In this document: positions 1-13,080 of the stretch, piece after piece
Position numbering within the stretch: the stretch's first letter is position 1
Layout of the letters: every line of letters starts with the position of its first letter
Origin: Somniosus microcephalus
Taxonomy: Eukaryota
NCBI GenBank assembly: GCA_052327205.1
Contig: JBMRGM010000039.1
Coordinates: forward strand, 20,522,001 to 20,586,000
Reading direction: 5' to 3'
Length of the DNA stretch: 64,000 bases
Position numbers and translations under genes: made by a program
The notes under the pieces: generated by a model
What the model saw: the letters and a program-made list of their open reading frames with translations, nothing else
Databases searched by the model: none
Told to the model about the DNA's origin: nothing

Positions 1-177
1 AAACATAGAGTAGTTGTTTCTCAGACTGGATGAAGGTATGCAGTGGTGTTCCCCAGGGGTCGGTACTAGGACCACTGCTTTTCGAAATACATATTGATTA
101 CTTTGACTTGTGTGTACAGGGCACAATTACGAAATTTGCAGATGACACAAAACTTGAAAGTATAATGAAAAGTGAGG
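1..177 (+). mobile_element. CR1-type LINE fragment (RT core)
   Basis: Encodes [14 protein letters not shown] and [10 protein letters not shown] motifs, like the other CR1 copies in the window. Confidence 0.8.
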
Positions 178-2267
178 CAACAAAAAACGTGTGACCTAAA
201 GAACAGATGGTGGGTGGAGGAAGAGCAGGAGATCCAGCAGCTAGCCGACAACCACGACGAGCGTGGATCCTTTAGCACAGTCGAGACCATCTAAGGCCCA
301 AGCACCCAAGGGCCTACCCAACTGTGGGCCAAGAAGGGAGAGTTACTCATCAAGGACAGAGATGCAGTCAGTGCCCGCTGGAAAGAGCACTTCGAAGATC
401 TCCTTAACCGAGACTTTGTCTTCGACATGAGTATCCTCAACACCATCCCACAGCATGCTACCCACCACCGCCTCAGCACAACCCTAGCCTGGTATAAGTT
501 TGCAAAGGCCATCCGACACCTGAAGAACAACAAGGCTTCAGGAGCAGATGGAATCCCTGCCGAGGCACTAAAGCATGGCGGATAAGCACTACTGGCGCGA
601 ATTGATGAACTCCTTTCTCTTATCTGGATGGAGGAGCGCATGCCAGGGGATATCAGAGATGCCGTTATTGTGACCATCTTCAAGAAAGGTGACAAGTCCG
701 ATTGCGGTAATTACAGAGGAGTCTCCCTGCTGTCTGTCACAGGGAAAGTCATTGCAAGAATCCTCCTCAACCGCCTTCTCCCAATGGCCAAACAGCTACT
801 CCCAGAGTCGCAATGCGGATTCCGCCCACTAAGGGGCACAATGGACATGATCTTCACCACACGTCAATTACAAGAGAAATGCAGGGAACAGCTCCAACTG
901 CTGTACATGGCCTTCTTGGATCTCACAAATGCCTTTGACAGTGTTAACCGTGAGGGATTATGGTGTGTCCTACTCAAGTTCGGCTGCCCTCAAAGGTTTG
1001 TAACCATCCTCTGCCTGCTTCACGACGACATGCAAGCTGTGATCCTGTCCAACGGTTCCATCACAGGCCCAATTCATGTAAGGACCACCGTCAAGCAAGG
1101 CTGTGTCATCGCACCAAGGCTTGTCTCGATCTTCCTGCTGCAATGCTCCATCTCAGCCTCAGTAAGCTCCATGCTGGAATGGAATTTATTTACAAAACAA
1201 ATCAGAAGCTGTTCAAACTCCATCGCCTCCAGTCCAGATCTAAGGTTGTCCCATCCTCTGTTATCGAATTAGAGTATGCAGACAACGCTTGCGTCTGTGC
1301 TCAATCGGAGTTCGAACTCCAAACCATCGTCAAAACCTTCACCAAAGCATAATGAGAGAATGTGCCTTACAATAATCCTCCATAAGGCAAATGTCCTCTA
1401 CTAACCTGCGTCCGCCACAGAGTACTGCCCCCTGAATATCAAAATCCATGACAAGGCCTTGGATAACATGGACCACATTCCATACCTCAGGAGCCTATTG
1501 CAAACAAGGGCAGATGTCGATGACGAAGTCCAAAACCGCTTTCAGTATTCCAGTGCAGCATTCGGTCGCCTGAGGAAGAGAGTGTTTGAATACAAATCTC
1601 AAACCCGGCACCAAGTACATGGTCTACAGAGCAGCAGTGACACCTGCCCTCCTGTATGCCTCAGAGACATGGACCATGTACAGCAGGTACCTCAATGCAC
1701 TGGAGAGGTACCACCTACGCTGCCTCCGCAAGATCCTGCAAATCCATTGGAGGATAGTCACACCAACGTCAGTGTTCTCGCTCAGGACAACATGCCCAGC
1801 ATCGAAGCTTTTGCCACGCTCGATCAGCTCCGATGGATGGGTCACATCGTCCGCATGACTGATACGAGACTCCCAAAACAAGTGCTCTTCTCGGAGTTCC
1901 GGCACAGCAAGAGAGCCCCAGGTGGGCAGAGTTAACGCTTCAAGGACACCCTCAAATCCTCCTTGAAAACCTGCAACATTCCCACTGACACCTGGGAATC
2001 TCTGGCCTAAGACCGCACAAAGTGAAGGAGGAGCATCCGGGAGGGCCACAAACACCTCGAGTCTCTTTGTCGGGAGCAAGTGGAAGCCAAGTTCTAACAG
2101 TGGAAGGAGTGCTCGTCAACCCAAGCACCCTACCCACCAGATCCTTCAACCACTGTCTGCCCCAGCTGTGACAGAGACTGTAGGACTCCCATCGGACTCA
2201 TCTGTCACCTGAGAACTCATTTTTAATGTGAAAGCAAATCATCCTCTGTTGCATGGGGCTGCCTAAG
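178..2267 (+). mobile_element. RTE/BovB-like LINE, degenerate and 5'-truncated
   Basis: Frameshifted ORFs contain KKGDKSDCGNYRGVSLL, LPESQCGFR, QGCVIAP, LEYADN, LLYASETWT and QLRWMGHIVRM; C-terminal CPSCDRDC..H...H finger at about 2155-2220; ends in gctgcctaagaa. Confidence 0.85.
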
Positions 2268-2306
2268 AATGGACACATTTTGAGTGCACTAATCGACTCA
2301 TGTAGC

Positions 2307-2500
2307 CCTCCAGACCCAGAGACAGTGGAGGGTGTCCTTCAAGGCAAACTCTGGATCACGCATTCAGCAGCCTTACAACAGCATTGCTGCAGCCACTGGG
2401 GCCACATCAGGAGGAGCAATAGAGTGGGAAGCGGGGAAGTGCGCAGGGGATGGAGGTCACACTCGAAGGCCAGCAGTAGAATCTGTAAATAAATTGGTAG
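2307..2500 (+). pseudogene. 3' remnant of the Myb-like accessory gene of Harbinger copy 1
   Basis: Across frameshifts it reads PSRPRDSGGCPSR...QQPYNSIAAATG..IRRSNRVG, matching PSRLRAGPGRPPR...QQPSPSPAAATGVPLRRSYRRVG at the end of ORF 62532-63470. Confidence 0.65.
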
Positions 2501-2515
2501 AATGTTTGTGGGAAG

Positions 2516-2744
2516 TGACATAAGAAAACTACGAGACACTTGGTCTAAGTGTTAAACAAGTCCTTAATCAACTGTTTTTCAACATGGAGATCTAGTTGTG
2601 TCCTTTACTAGTTCCTGCTAAAGAATGTCCTGAGCAAGCTGGGCACATGCCCGAGTATTTATACCTTCCATGGACAGCGCCACCAGCAGTCCGCCCAGTA
2701 TTATTTCGTAAGTCATTTCCACATGAATGACAACATTCATATCA
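2516..2744 (-). repeat. 3' LTR of Gypsy 1 (229 bp)
   Basis: TG...CA termini, adjacent PPT (ggcgggaagaa on the minus strand), aligns with 8436-8610. Confidence 0.9.
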
Positions 2745-5256
2745 TTCTTCCCGCCTGAAAGATGGGAAGTCTGGCAGCTTCCTTCTAACGAATTTATCCG
2801 ACTAAGAATAGACGCAGTCATTTGGATCTCCGTTGGAGGCCACAAAGAACGTCTGCTCGGACCGTGCTTTGGTCCCTTTGTTGCTTGGTTCATACCGGCG
2901 TGCTGGCAGTGTCCATGTCACATTGATCTACCTGAGGAGGACTGGGGAGATCGTGGCTCAGGGTGCGGTCCCCCACAGGCACAGAGCTAGCTTCACCCTG
3001 CTCAGTAGGCAGTGACTGACCATCGTCCTGGCTTCGGGTGGCAAGCCCGCAGGGAGCGCTCTGGGTTGATCTGGTGGAATAGCTGGCAGATCCCTTGACA
3101 TCTTGGGTAGGGCGTCATCCTCAGAGGAGCACAAGGTATTGGTGACATTAATATGGATCCCACTATCGATTGGGTCCATGGGACCGTTTGTGCAGGGAGC
3201 TGGATCCCGGAGTGACACTTTGGATTCCCGGCCATCAGGGTACCGCACATACGCGTACATGGGATTGTCAGTTCCACTAGATCAATGAGGGGATAACTCT
3301 TAGAGGATCGGACAAATCTTCGGAGCAGCACGGGGCCAGGAGCTGCCAACCATCATGGTAGGGATATCCCATGAGTGGAGCGATGCTGGAACCCAAGGAA
3401 CAGTTCGTGAGGAGTAGCATTGGTGGATTTTGAAAGAAGAGACCTGAAGGAATGCAACGCATCAGGGATCATAGTTTTCCACTGCAGGTCTGATAGCTTG
3501 CGTGACCTCAGCGCAAGACGATCAGCGTTCCAAATGATGGCATTGTATCTCTCAAGCTGTCCATTTCCAATAGGTGCTGTTTTACTTGTGGTGATTCCCT
3601 GTTGGAAAAGAAAACTTTTGAGTCCACGAACAGAGTGGATGAAATTGGCCATACCGCATAGGGTAAAGACCTGATCGAGGCATAAGATCAGTGTGGAAGT
3701 AAGCATATTGGGAGAGGGGAAAGCAAAGGGAAAGCGTGAATATTCATCCACCATAGTTAGCAAGTCTGTGTTTCGCATTGAGGGAGTAAATGGCCCTTTA
3801 ATGTCAACGCTGAGTCGCTGCATCGGCTGTGTAGCATGTATGAGTGAGCCATCCGACGGACGGAAGAATTGTGGTTTTAATTCTGCGCAAATTCTACAAG
3901 TGGAGCATGTTCTTTTCACGTCTTCCATAGAAAATGGGAGAATTTAGATCGCACAAAGTGCAACATATGGGATGGCGCAAGTCAATATGATGATCCGTAA
4001 GAGTTGAAGTTGATATGGAAGAGCAGAATGCATCCGTGAGTGCATCCGGGGCCATATTCTCATTGCCGGGTCGATAATGTATGGTGTAGCCAAAGGCTGC
4101 CAAATCCATCCTCCAGAGCTGTACTTTGTTATTCTTGACCTTTGTGCATTTCCGGTTATCCAGAGTAAAGGCCACAGAGCGCTGATCAGTTATGGGCGTG
4201 AAATGGCAACAAGTGAGAATATGACTCCATTTATGTACTGCTTCGATGATAGCCGTAGCCTCCTTCACGACAGGGGGATAATGGAGCTCGCTACCCTGCA
4301 AAGTTTTGGACAGAAATGCAATGAGTCGACCACCTTGATTTAAGGTAGCCAAGTTCGCCACCTCTGATGCATTGCACTCGACGACGAAAGGGAGATTTTC
4401 ATCAATGGGACGAAGCGTGGCTTTTTCCACTTGTTGCTTGAGGAGGTCGAAAGCTGAAATAGCCATTGCCTCCAACGGAAATGATTTAAGTGAAGCAGGG
4501 GCTGTATCTTGTCAGAAAAGGGGTGTATGCACTTCGCATTTTAGGTGAACATGCCGAGGGCCTGAGGAAGAGAGCCGAGATTCGCAGGAGGAGGGAGCTC
4601 CTGACGTGGAAGAAGTCACTCTGGATCCAGTTTGATGACACCATTGCCCACCCAGTAGCCAAGGATGTTGACTTCTGGTACTGATTAAACGGATTTGGAC
4701 ACATTTAAGTTTAATTTGCGACGACGGACAACGTCAAGAAATTTCTGGAGGTTGGCATCGTGCTCCTTCTGGTCATGACCCACAATGGTGATATGATCCA
4801 CATATGGAAAAGTGTCCATTAAGGTCTCATGTTTGACTAGGCTAGCCATCGTCCGTTGAAAGATGGCCACCCCATTGATAACCCCAAAAGGAAGGCAGCA
4901 AAACTGGCAAAGCCGACCATTGGCCTCAAAGGCCGTATATTTCTTGTCAGAGTCCTTTAATGGTACTTGATGATATGCGCTCTTTAAGTCAAAAGTTGAA
5001 AATACCCTTTAGTTGGCAAGGTTAGTGACCATGTCATCGATGCGTGGTAGTGGGTAGGCATCCAGGTCGGTATACTGGTAAATAGTTTGCGAGTCATCGA
5101 TGCAAAGACGTTTCTTGTGTTGCTTCAGAGGATTTTTAAAAATGACGACCTGAGCCCACCAGGAAGATGAACATGGCTCAATGATACCCTCCTCTAAAAG
5201 GCGAGAAATTTCTGCATCGATAAAGGATAGATCATCTTGACTGAAACGTCATGATT

Positions 5257-6962
5257 TAGAGTCATAGAGTCATAGAGTAATACAGCACGGATAGAGGCCC
5301 TTCGGCCCATCGTGTCCGTGCCGGCCATCAAGCCCTGCCTAATCTAATCCCATATTCCAGCATTTGGCCCGTAGGCTTGTATGCTATGGCATTTCAAGTG
5401 CACATCCAAATGCTTCCTAAATGTGGTGAGGGTTTCTGCCTCCACAACCCTTTCAGGCAGTGAGTTCCAGCCTCCAACCACCCTCTGGGTGAAAAAGTTC
5501 TTTCTCAAATCCCCTCTAAACCTCCCGCCCTTTACCTTGAATCTATGCCCCCTAGTTATTGACCCCTCTACTAAGGGAAAAAGCTCCTCAGCATCCATCC
5601 TATCTATGCACCTCATAATTTTGTACACCTCAATCATGTCCCCCCTCAGCCTCCTCTGCTCCAAGGAAAACAAACCCAATCTGCCCAGCCTCTCTTCATA
5701 GCCGAAGCGCTCCAGCCCTGGTAACACCCTGGTGAACCTCCTCTGCACCCTCTCTAACGCGATCACATCCTTCCTGTAGTGTGGCGACCAGAACTGCACA
5801 CAGTATTCCAGCTGTGGCCTTACCAGTGTTTTATACAGCTCCATCATAACCTCCTTGCTCTTATATTCAATGCCTCGGCTAATGAAGGCAAGTATCCCAT
5901 ATGCCTTTTTTACCACCTTATCCACCTGTTCCGCCGCCTTCAGGGGTCTGTGTACTTGCACACCCAGATCCCTCTGACCCTCCGTCTTGCCTAGGGTCTT
6001 TCCATTCATTGTGTATTCCTTTGCCTTGTTAGTCCCCCCAAAGTGCATCACCTCGCACTTTTCCGGGTTAAATTCCATTTGCCACTGTTCCGCCCATCTG
6101 ACCAACCCATCTATATCGTCCTGCAGACTGAGGCTACCCTCCTCGCTATTTACCACCCTACCAATGTTTGTATCATCCGCAAACTTACTGATCATACCCT
6201 TTACATTCATATCCAAGTCATTAATGTAGACCACAAACAGCAAGGGACCCAGCACCGATCCCTGTGGTACCCCACTGGCCACAGGCTTCCAGTCACAAAA
6301 ACAACCTTCGACCATCATTCTCTGCCTTCTGCCACTAAGCCAGTTTTGTATCCAATGTGCCAAGGCACCCTGGATTCCATGGGCTCTTACCTTCTTGACC
6401 AGTCTCCTGTGCGGGACTTTATCGAAGGCCTTACTGAAATCCATGTATACCACATCCACTGCGTTACCCTCATCTACACACCTAGTCACCCCCTCAAAAA
6501 ATTCAATCAAATTAGTCAGACATGATCTTCCCTTGACAAAGCCATGTTGACTATTCCTGATTAATCCTTGCCTCTCCAAGTGGAGACAAATTTTGTCCCT
6601 CAGGAATTTTTCCAATAATTTTCCTACCACTGATGTTAGGCTCACTGGCCTGTAGTTCCCCGGTTTTTCCCTACTACCCTTCTTGAATAATGGTACTACA
6701 TTAGCGGTTCTCCAGTCCTCTGGCACATCCCCTGTGGCCAGAGAGGTCCTGAATATATGTGTTAGAGCCCCCGCAATCTCCTCCTTTGCCTCACACAATC
6801 TCCTCCTTTGCCTCACACAGCAGCCTGGGATACATTTCATCCGGGCCTGGGGATTTATCCATTTTTAGGCCAGCTAAACCCGCCAATACCTCCTCCCTCT
6901 CGATGTTAATATGTTCGAGCATATCACAGTCCCCCCGCCCTATTTCTATGTCTACATCTACA
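5257..6962 (-). mobile_element. CR1 LINE, 5'-truncated and young, nested in the Gypsy 1 pol gene
   Basis: Open RT ORF 5344-6840; (actctatg)n tail at about 5257-5278; Gypsy sequence resumes on both sides, matching the uninterrupted homolog near 29581-29610. Confidence 0.93.
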
Positions 6963-8435
6963 TTAGTGACTATGGTCCTACATCAGCGGGAAAGATTGGT
7001 AAACAAGGAGTGTTGTCGAGCGAAGCCGCCGAAAGCACATAAAACGTTACTTTGCAAATAGTAAGCTGTGGCTTTGATCCTCCAATTCGAAAGTGAGTCT
7101 TTTCTGTTGCTACTGGAAATCCTGTCCCAGGAGCACATCACTGCATAGGTTTTTGAGCACCCCAAGCTGGGTGGAGAAATAAATGCATCCATTGAGAAGA
7201 AGGTCGACAAGACAAAACCCGGAAGAGTTGGTTGTCAGTGTCGTCAGAGCCATTGAAATTTCCCTGTCCGAGGGCTAAATACGCAGTTTTAATTTACTGA
7301 CATCCTGCTCAGTGATGAAGCTGCATGAGTCGATTAGTGCACAAAAAATGTGTCTATTTACCGAAACCTTTGTGGCTGTATGGGACAGGTTTTGGGGAAA
7401 AACAGCTGTGATGGGAGGAGGGTCAGTTTTATACATGACAGCTTTAAATTAGTAGTGGCTCTTCGGGGAGGAGCTGTGTTATAGATGACAGCTGCAACAT
7501 TAGTAGTGGCTCTTGGGGAAGGAGCAGTTTTATAGATAGCAGCTGTAACCCTAAGAGAGGCACTTGACTGACATACTTTAGAAAAGTGACCTTTCTCACT
7601 GCAATGATTACAGGTTGCATTACGAGCAGGACAATATATCCTTTAGTGAATTGCACCTCCACAGAATAAACACTTATTTTTAAACTGCCAAGATGCCGCT
7701 AGGGTAGGGTCATCATCAGCTAGGACAGAGTCGTCAACAATGAGGGCTTCTGACTGAGGCTTATCGGAGGAGTCACTAAAATTGATATCAGCAGTCCTTG
7801 CACGTGGTAAAAGGTAGGCATCAGCATTTTGTTTGCTAAGTCCAGAGAATATGCCTGGTCATAGCCAGCTTGTAACGAGGGTTTTATCCTGCAACAGACG
7901 CTGACGTATGAAGGGAGATGCAATTCCATTAATAAAAGAATCACAAATTAATTCCTCCTGGTAATGCTCAGCTGAGACAGCTTTGAGATTACAATCTTTG
8001 CTGAGCCTGCGAAGCTTTTGAAGGAATTCATCAAGTGATACCCTGGGTAGTTGTCGAGTTGTGGCCAGTAACTGCCGAGCAAAAATTTCGTTTGGGGCCT
8101 TAATATATAGTTGCTGCCGTATTTGGATAGCAGAGTCATAGTTTACAGAGTCTTTGATATAGTCAAATACATGAGGAGATACATAATTGGCAAGCATTTG
8201 TAAGTTATCAATAAAATTCTCACCACAAGCCCCGAGGAAGTTGCAGAAGCACGATACCAGTGTTTCCATACCTTAGCAGTTGTGGGTGAATTTGGGTCCA
8301 GGTCAAGATGGGTGGGGCTGAGTAGTTTCTCCAAGATGGATTGATTACTACTTTTGCTTTCCTTCTACCATTTGAGTCGTAGCCGTCTGTTCCCAAAATA
8401 ACTCAGAGCATTAAGCAAGTTTCAGTTGATTAAAT

Positions 8436-8610
8436 TGACTAAGATAACTACTAGTCACTTGGTCTAAGCGTTAAACAGGGCTTTAATCAACAGTTTTTCC
8501 TTTATTAGTTCCTGTTGAAGAATGTCCTGAGCATGCTGGGCCCATGCCCGAGTATTTATACTCTCCCTGAACAGCGCCACCAGCAGGCCACCCAGTATTA
8601 TTTCATGTCA
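8436..8610 (-). repeat. 5' LTR of Gypsy 1 (internally deleted, 175 bp)
   Basis: Aligns to 2516-2744 with deletions; followed by TSD GGAAG. Confidence 0.85.
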
Positions 8611-8884
8611 GGAAGTTTTGAGGTTGTTGTTATGCTTGTTTTCTGCTTTGCTGTTTATCTCCATGTTGTGACAACGAGGTTTGTTAGTTCATGAATTGTT
8701 GGATTTGTTTCTAATGGTTTGTGCTGACTAAACGGCACAGATTTTATAATATAAATATTTTTTAAAATCTAACTTTACATCTTTGGTCATTTTATCTGAT
8801 TGCAGCTTTGCCTGGCAATAGGTGGTGTGGGATGCTTTCAATGATGTGCTTCTTCATCCCAGAAGCCATCTTCTCTGTAAACAT

Positions 8885-10021
8885 TTAGAATCGGTGTCTT
8901 ATGAGCCATTCATGGATGGCCCTTGCTGTGGCAACATTGTGGGGCTCTCTCCCACGTTGGTGCTGCTGATCCTCCTCTTCATCCTCCACCTCCTCCTCCT
9001 CTCCCTCTTCATCTTCCTCCTCAGGTGTTGCACCAATCCCTGGTGGCAATGGCTGGGTCCTCATGATTGCAACGTTACGAAGCATGCAGCACACAACAAT
9101 GACGAGGGTGACTCGCTCGGGAGAGTTAGGCACCGCTCCTCCTGAGTGGTCCAAGCACCGGACCCGTTGTTTAAACACTCCAATCGTCTGCTCTATGAGG
9201 TTCCTTGTGGCGCTATGGCTCTCATTGCATTGCAGCTCGGCAGTGGTGTTGGGGTTACGGAGCGTTGTCATCAGCAAGGTGCAGAGTGGATAACCCTTGT
9301 CCCCGAGGAGCCATCCACTGGTTTGATGCGGTGATTGGAAGAGGTCTGCAACACCGGTCTGGCGCAGGATAAAAGTATCATGGCTGCTGCCAGGATAGCG
9401 GGCTTTGAGGTAGAGTATGAGCCGTCTGTGGTCACAGGCCAACTGGATATTCGGAGTGGAAGCCCTTGTGGTTTCGGATCACCTCTGCATTCTCATGCGG
9501 TGCCCACAATGGCACATGGGTGCAATCAATGGTGCCCTGAAGCATGGGGAAGCCCAATATCCCTGCAAAGCCACATGCACATTCGCGCTTTTTGTCCCGG
9601 GTCATGGGCATTCATGTACAGGCGTCTTCTCTTCTACAAAGCTTTTGTCAACTCTCGGATGCAGCAATGAACAGTGAACTGGGAGATATAGGGAACCACT
9701 GACTTAGAAATTTAGAGCCACAGTCACCTTCACTGCCACTGACAGAGAAGTTCTGGTCCTGAGCTGTGGATGGAGCTCTGGTTGCAGGAGGCAGCAGAGC
9801 TCAGTGACCACCTCCTTGTTGAATTGCAGCCATTGGAAACGCTGCTCCTCAGACAAATAGATATAGGAGGAGAATTGCTCCCTGAATACCCTGGGATGGT
9901 AAGGTCTCCTGTGCAGTGGCCTGATGGCCCTCCCTCTTCTGGCCACTGTTTCCACACTCGCTCTCTGCTGCCTCTGAAGGTGAAGCTGGAAGACGACGCC
10001 CCGATTTAGCGTAGCCCCCAT
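8885..10021 (-). pseudogene. Harbinger/PIF (HARBI1-like) DDE transposase, frameshifted
   Basis: Contains ARYPGSSHD, LLGDKGYPL, RNLIEQTIGVFKQR, CCMLRN and VKVTVALNF; a TIR-like end gcgaatatttcccggc lies at about 10440-10455. Confidence 0.9.
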
Positions 10022-10682
10022 TGAAGCTTCTAAATATCGTTCGGTGGAAGGTGAAATAAAAATGACACTGCAAATTGGTGCTCAAGTCCCAAACCTCCTT
10101 CGGTCAGCTTCGAATCTCTCCAAACATCTTTTTCTCTCTCAAACTGCATGTCAAAAATAACTTCAATATTAGAAAACCTTTCCCTCTACCTGTCTTTCCG
10201 ACCGGCCGGTGAAAAGGCAGGGTACATGACTCAATATCCGATCTGGGGAGCTTCCTAGGCAATGCACGCTCACATGGAGTCATGATCTCAGGCTGCAGGA
10301 GATCGCGTCGGTAGTGTTAACCGCCAGCACAAAATGACTGGTCAATTTCGCGAGCGGTGCTGAAATAGTCGCACTCAGGCGCTAAGCATGTCGCACCCCG
10401 TTAGCGCCCCCGCAGGCGCTAAAGGGAGGTGCTAAACAAGCGAATATTTCCCGGCATTTTTAACTGTGTTTCTCTCTTTTTTGTTCCCTATCCCATCTGC
10501 GCTGCTGTCAGCTATTGATTCTGAAGGTAATATCGTGTTAACAAGATTCAAGTTTTCCATATTCAACTCCAGCAAATTTATTGGAGGTGACTCTTTATTT
10601 AAGGAATTTCAGTCTGCTACCTACACTGAACATTAGTATCAGATCAGAAGATTGTTGTCTTGGTTTAGGAGACTTTTCACCG

Positions 10683-10826
10683 AATGGCGAAAGGCCATCG
10701 ACCTGAATTGTTTACTTTTTTTCTCTCTCTCTCTCCACAGATGTTGCCTGATCCGTCGAGTATTTCCACCATTTTCAGTTTTCATTTCAGATTTCCGGTG
10801 TCTGCAGTATTTTGCTTCTGCTTTCA
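10683..10826 (+). repeat. Short interspersed repeat sharing the 3' end of the Penelope-like element
   Basis: ctctccacagatgttgcctga...gagtatttccaccattttc; homologous to 13552-13680, 21369-21500 and 56785-56935. Confidence 0.65.
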
Positions 10827-12121
10827 CCTAATGCTGGATTTGCTTACTTATATAGTCATAGGAACAAATCCTGGCAGATCACATCCACATCTTTAAATGC
10901 CTGAAATATCCGCTAATCATTCAGTTCCAGTCAGTGTCTCCTTTCCCACCCTCTCCATGTCTGCATTAGTGGCACTGCTTCTGATGGGTTAAGTAGGGAC
11001 TACGAGGATAATTTACATTCTCACAAAATCTTCATTCAGCCAGATTTCAATATATTTATCTCTAATCATTATTTTGAATTTACAATTGGACGCCATGCCC
11101 GTCAGTCCCAGTTCAGTGGATCTGTCAGTGAGACCCAGAGTGATTCTCTATTGCCTCCTGCTGTACTTCAGGATATACAATCCCAGCTGATTGTAACTGA
11201 AGTACTGAGGATAAGAAATTCCGTTGATATCTTCTCATCTAATATGTTCTGCACAAGTTGGAAACAACAGGGGAAAAAGTACAAGGATAAATCTCTTCCA
11301 TTACAACAGCATTCAGCAGCACTTTGCCTGTGGGATAAGTCGTCTAATTCAATGCTGATCAATGCATTTAGCGGGACATTATCTCGGCAATGATCACTAT
11401 TCACTTTAATTCAGAGTCCATTATTTACAATGTTATTTGTCAAATCTTCCTTTCAATGAGCTACAATTTGTGTATTTCAAAAGAGATGCAGAAAAATCAA
11501 TCTTCAAAACATATCTGATAGATCAGATATCTTTATAACTGCAGTGCACTTGTACTTATTAACTTAACATTGCCAGATTACATCCATATATTTTACATGC
11601 AATTATCTGTAATTATTGCATGCCAAAATTGCAGTTTCTGTATTTTGCTGTTGCATTTATTTTCAGTTCAAATTAGAATGGATATTCTAACCAGGAGCAG
11701 GAATCCAAGTGGGATTTACCGCTCCCCTAACACAGGGACACAGAAGTGAACAGCACCACTCCAAATACTGACTGATTCCAGGACACGAAGGCTTCCTGAG
11801 AGGTTCTGATCATTTGTGTCCTGGGTACCTCGGGCGGTGCTTTTTTTTGCAGGGCTAAAGGTAGACTGATCATTTAATCTCTCCTTGATCAAACATCTGT
11901 TGCATTCAAATTGCATCTATTCCCATTTCATTCATTGATTCCACAATGTATTTCCGATTATTCTTAGAATAAACCCTGCATTCAGCTCCACATGTAATAG
12001 GATTAGATTATTTAATTGAATGTCGCTAATGAGTTGCAGATTTCTCCCTGAAATCCACCAAACTGCTGCTTTTGCTCCCAGCCTGATGTATAATTTTCCT
12101 GTTTATTTCTCTTCCTCACAG

Positions 12122-13023
12122 TGAACTTAGTGACAATTGTAATCCTGTCTCAGGGAAAGTGCGGTCTCTCCAAATGTGTCACTCGCTATCTGGTCGCCAT
12201 GGCAGTGGCGGATCTACTAGTCATTATCCTCGACCTGATACTGAGGCACATTCCGATTGTTTATAGTGAACAGTTTGATTTCCTATATTCCATCCCTGTG
12301 TGTAATATCCACGCCGTCCTGCTTTTCGCAGCCACAGATTGTTCTGTCTGGTTCACCGTCGCTTTCACATTTGATCGATTTGTGGCCATTTGTTGCCAGA
12401 AGCTGAAAACTAAATATTGCACCGATAAAACTGCGGCTGTGGTTCTGGGAACAGTGACTGTGCTAAGCGGTTTAAAGGACATCACCTGGTATTTTATGTA
12501 CACAGATCGGTATTTGCTTTTGAACATCCCCTGGTTTTGTGATTTCGCAATGGATGCTTTGTATACACAGGCCTGGGTAATAATCGAGCTCCTTCATTAT
12601 ATTCTCAACCCTTGTGTCCCATTTGTTGTGATTCTGCTGCTCAATGCTGTCACCGTCAGACACATTTTAGTGTCCAGCAGAGCCCGCAGGAGACTCCGGG
12701 GCCCCAGAAGTGGGGAAAGTCCCAGAGACCCAGAGATGGAGAGCCGCAGGAAATCCATCATTTTACTGCTTGTTATCTCTGGCAATTTCATCCTGTTATG
12801 GGCAATATTTATGTTGTATTCTATGTGGAACCGGATGTGGAATTTGGGGTATCAGTCTGTAATTATACCTGAGTATGTGCAGGAACTGGGATTCGGGCTG
12901 CAGCTGCTGAGTTGCTGCACAAACACTTGGATTTATGCGGTGACCCAGACTAAGTTCAGAGAGCAGTTGAAAAATGTGGGGAAATATCCCTTTACTCTGA
13001 TCGTAAAATGTATTAAAGGATGA
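12122..13023 (+). CDS. Class A orphan GPCR, GPR139/GPR142-like, main coding exon (TM1 to C-terminus)
   Basis: Intact ~300-codon frame with VNL, MAVADL, FTFDRFVAIC, RRKSI and SCCTNTWIY; pyrimidine tract plus AG acceptor at 12120-12121 (phase 1); upstream exon not located. Confidence 0.9.
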
Positions 13024-13080
13024 GCAGAAGGGGAGATTTTGCAGCCTGAGAGTTGAGAGTTCACTGTGCCTGATATTGTT

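Larger units (their letters stand above)
2516..8610 (-). mobile_element. Gypsy/Ty3 LTR retrotransposon 1 (Mag-like gag), complete boundaries, degenerate ORFs
   Basis: TG..CA LTRs at 2516-2744 and 8436-8610; TSD GGAAG at 2511-2515 and 8611-8615; PPT at 2745-2755; gag, protease, RT, RNase H and integrase remnants in Gypsy order. Confidence 0.92.

Noticed and set aside
10489-10526. YPICAAV followed by AG|GTAA as a possible first exon of GPCR 1
   Set aside because: In-frame TGA stops precede the donor and there is no start codon; at best a decayed remnant
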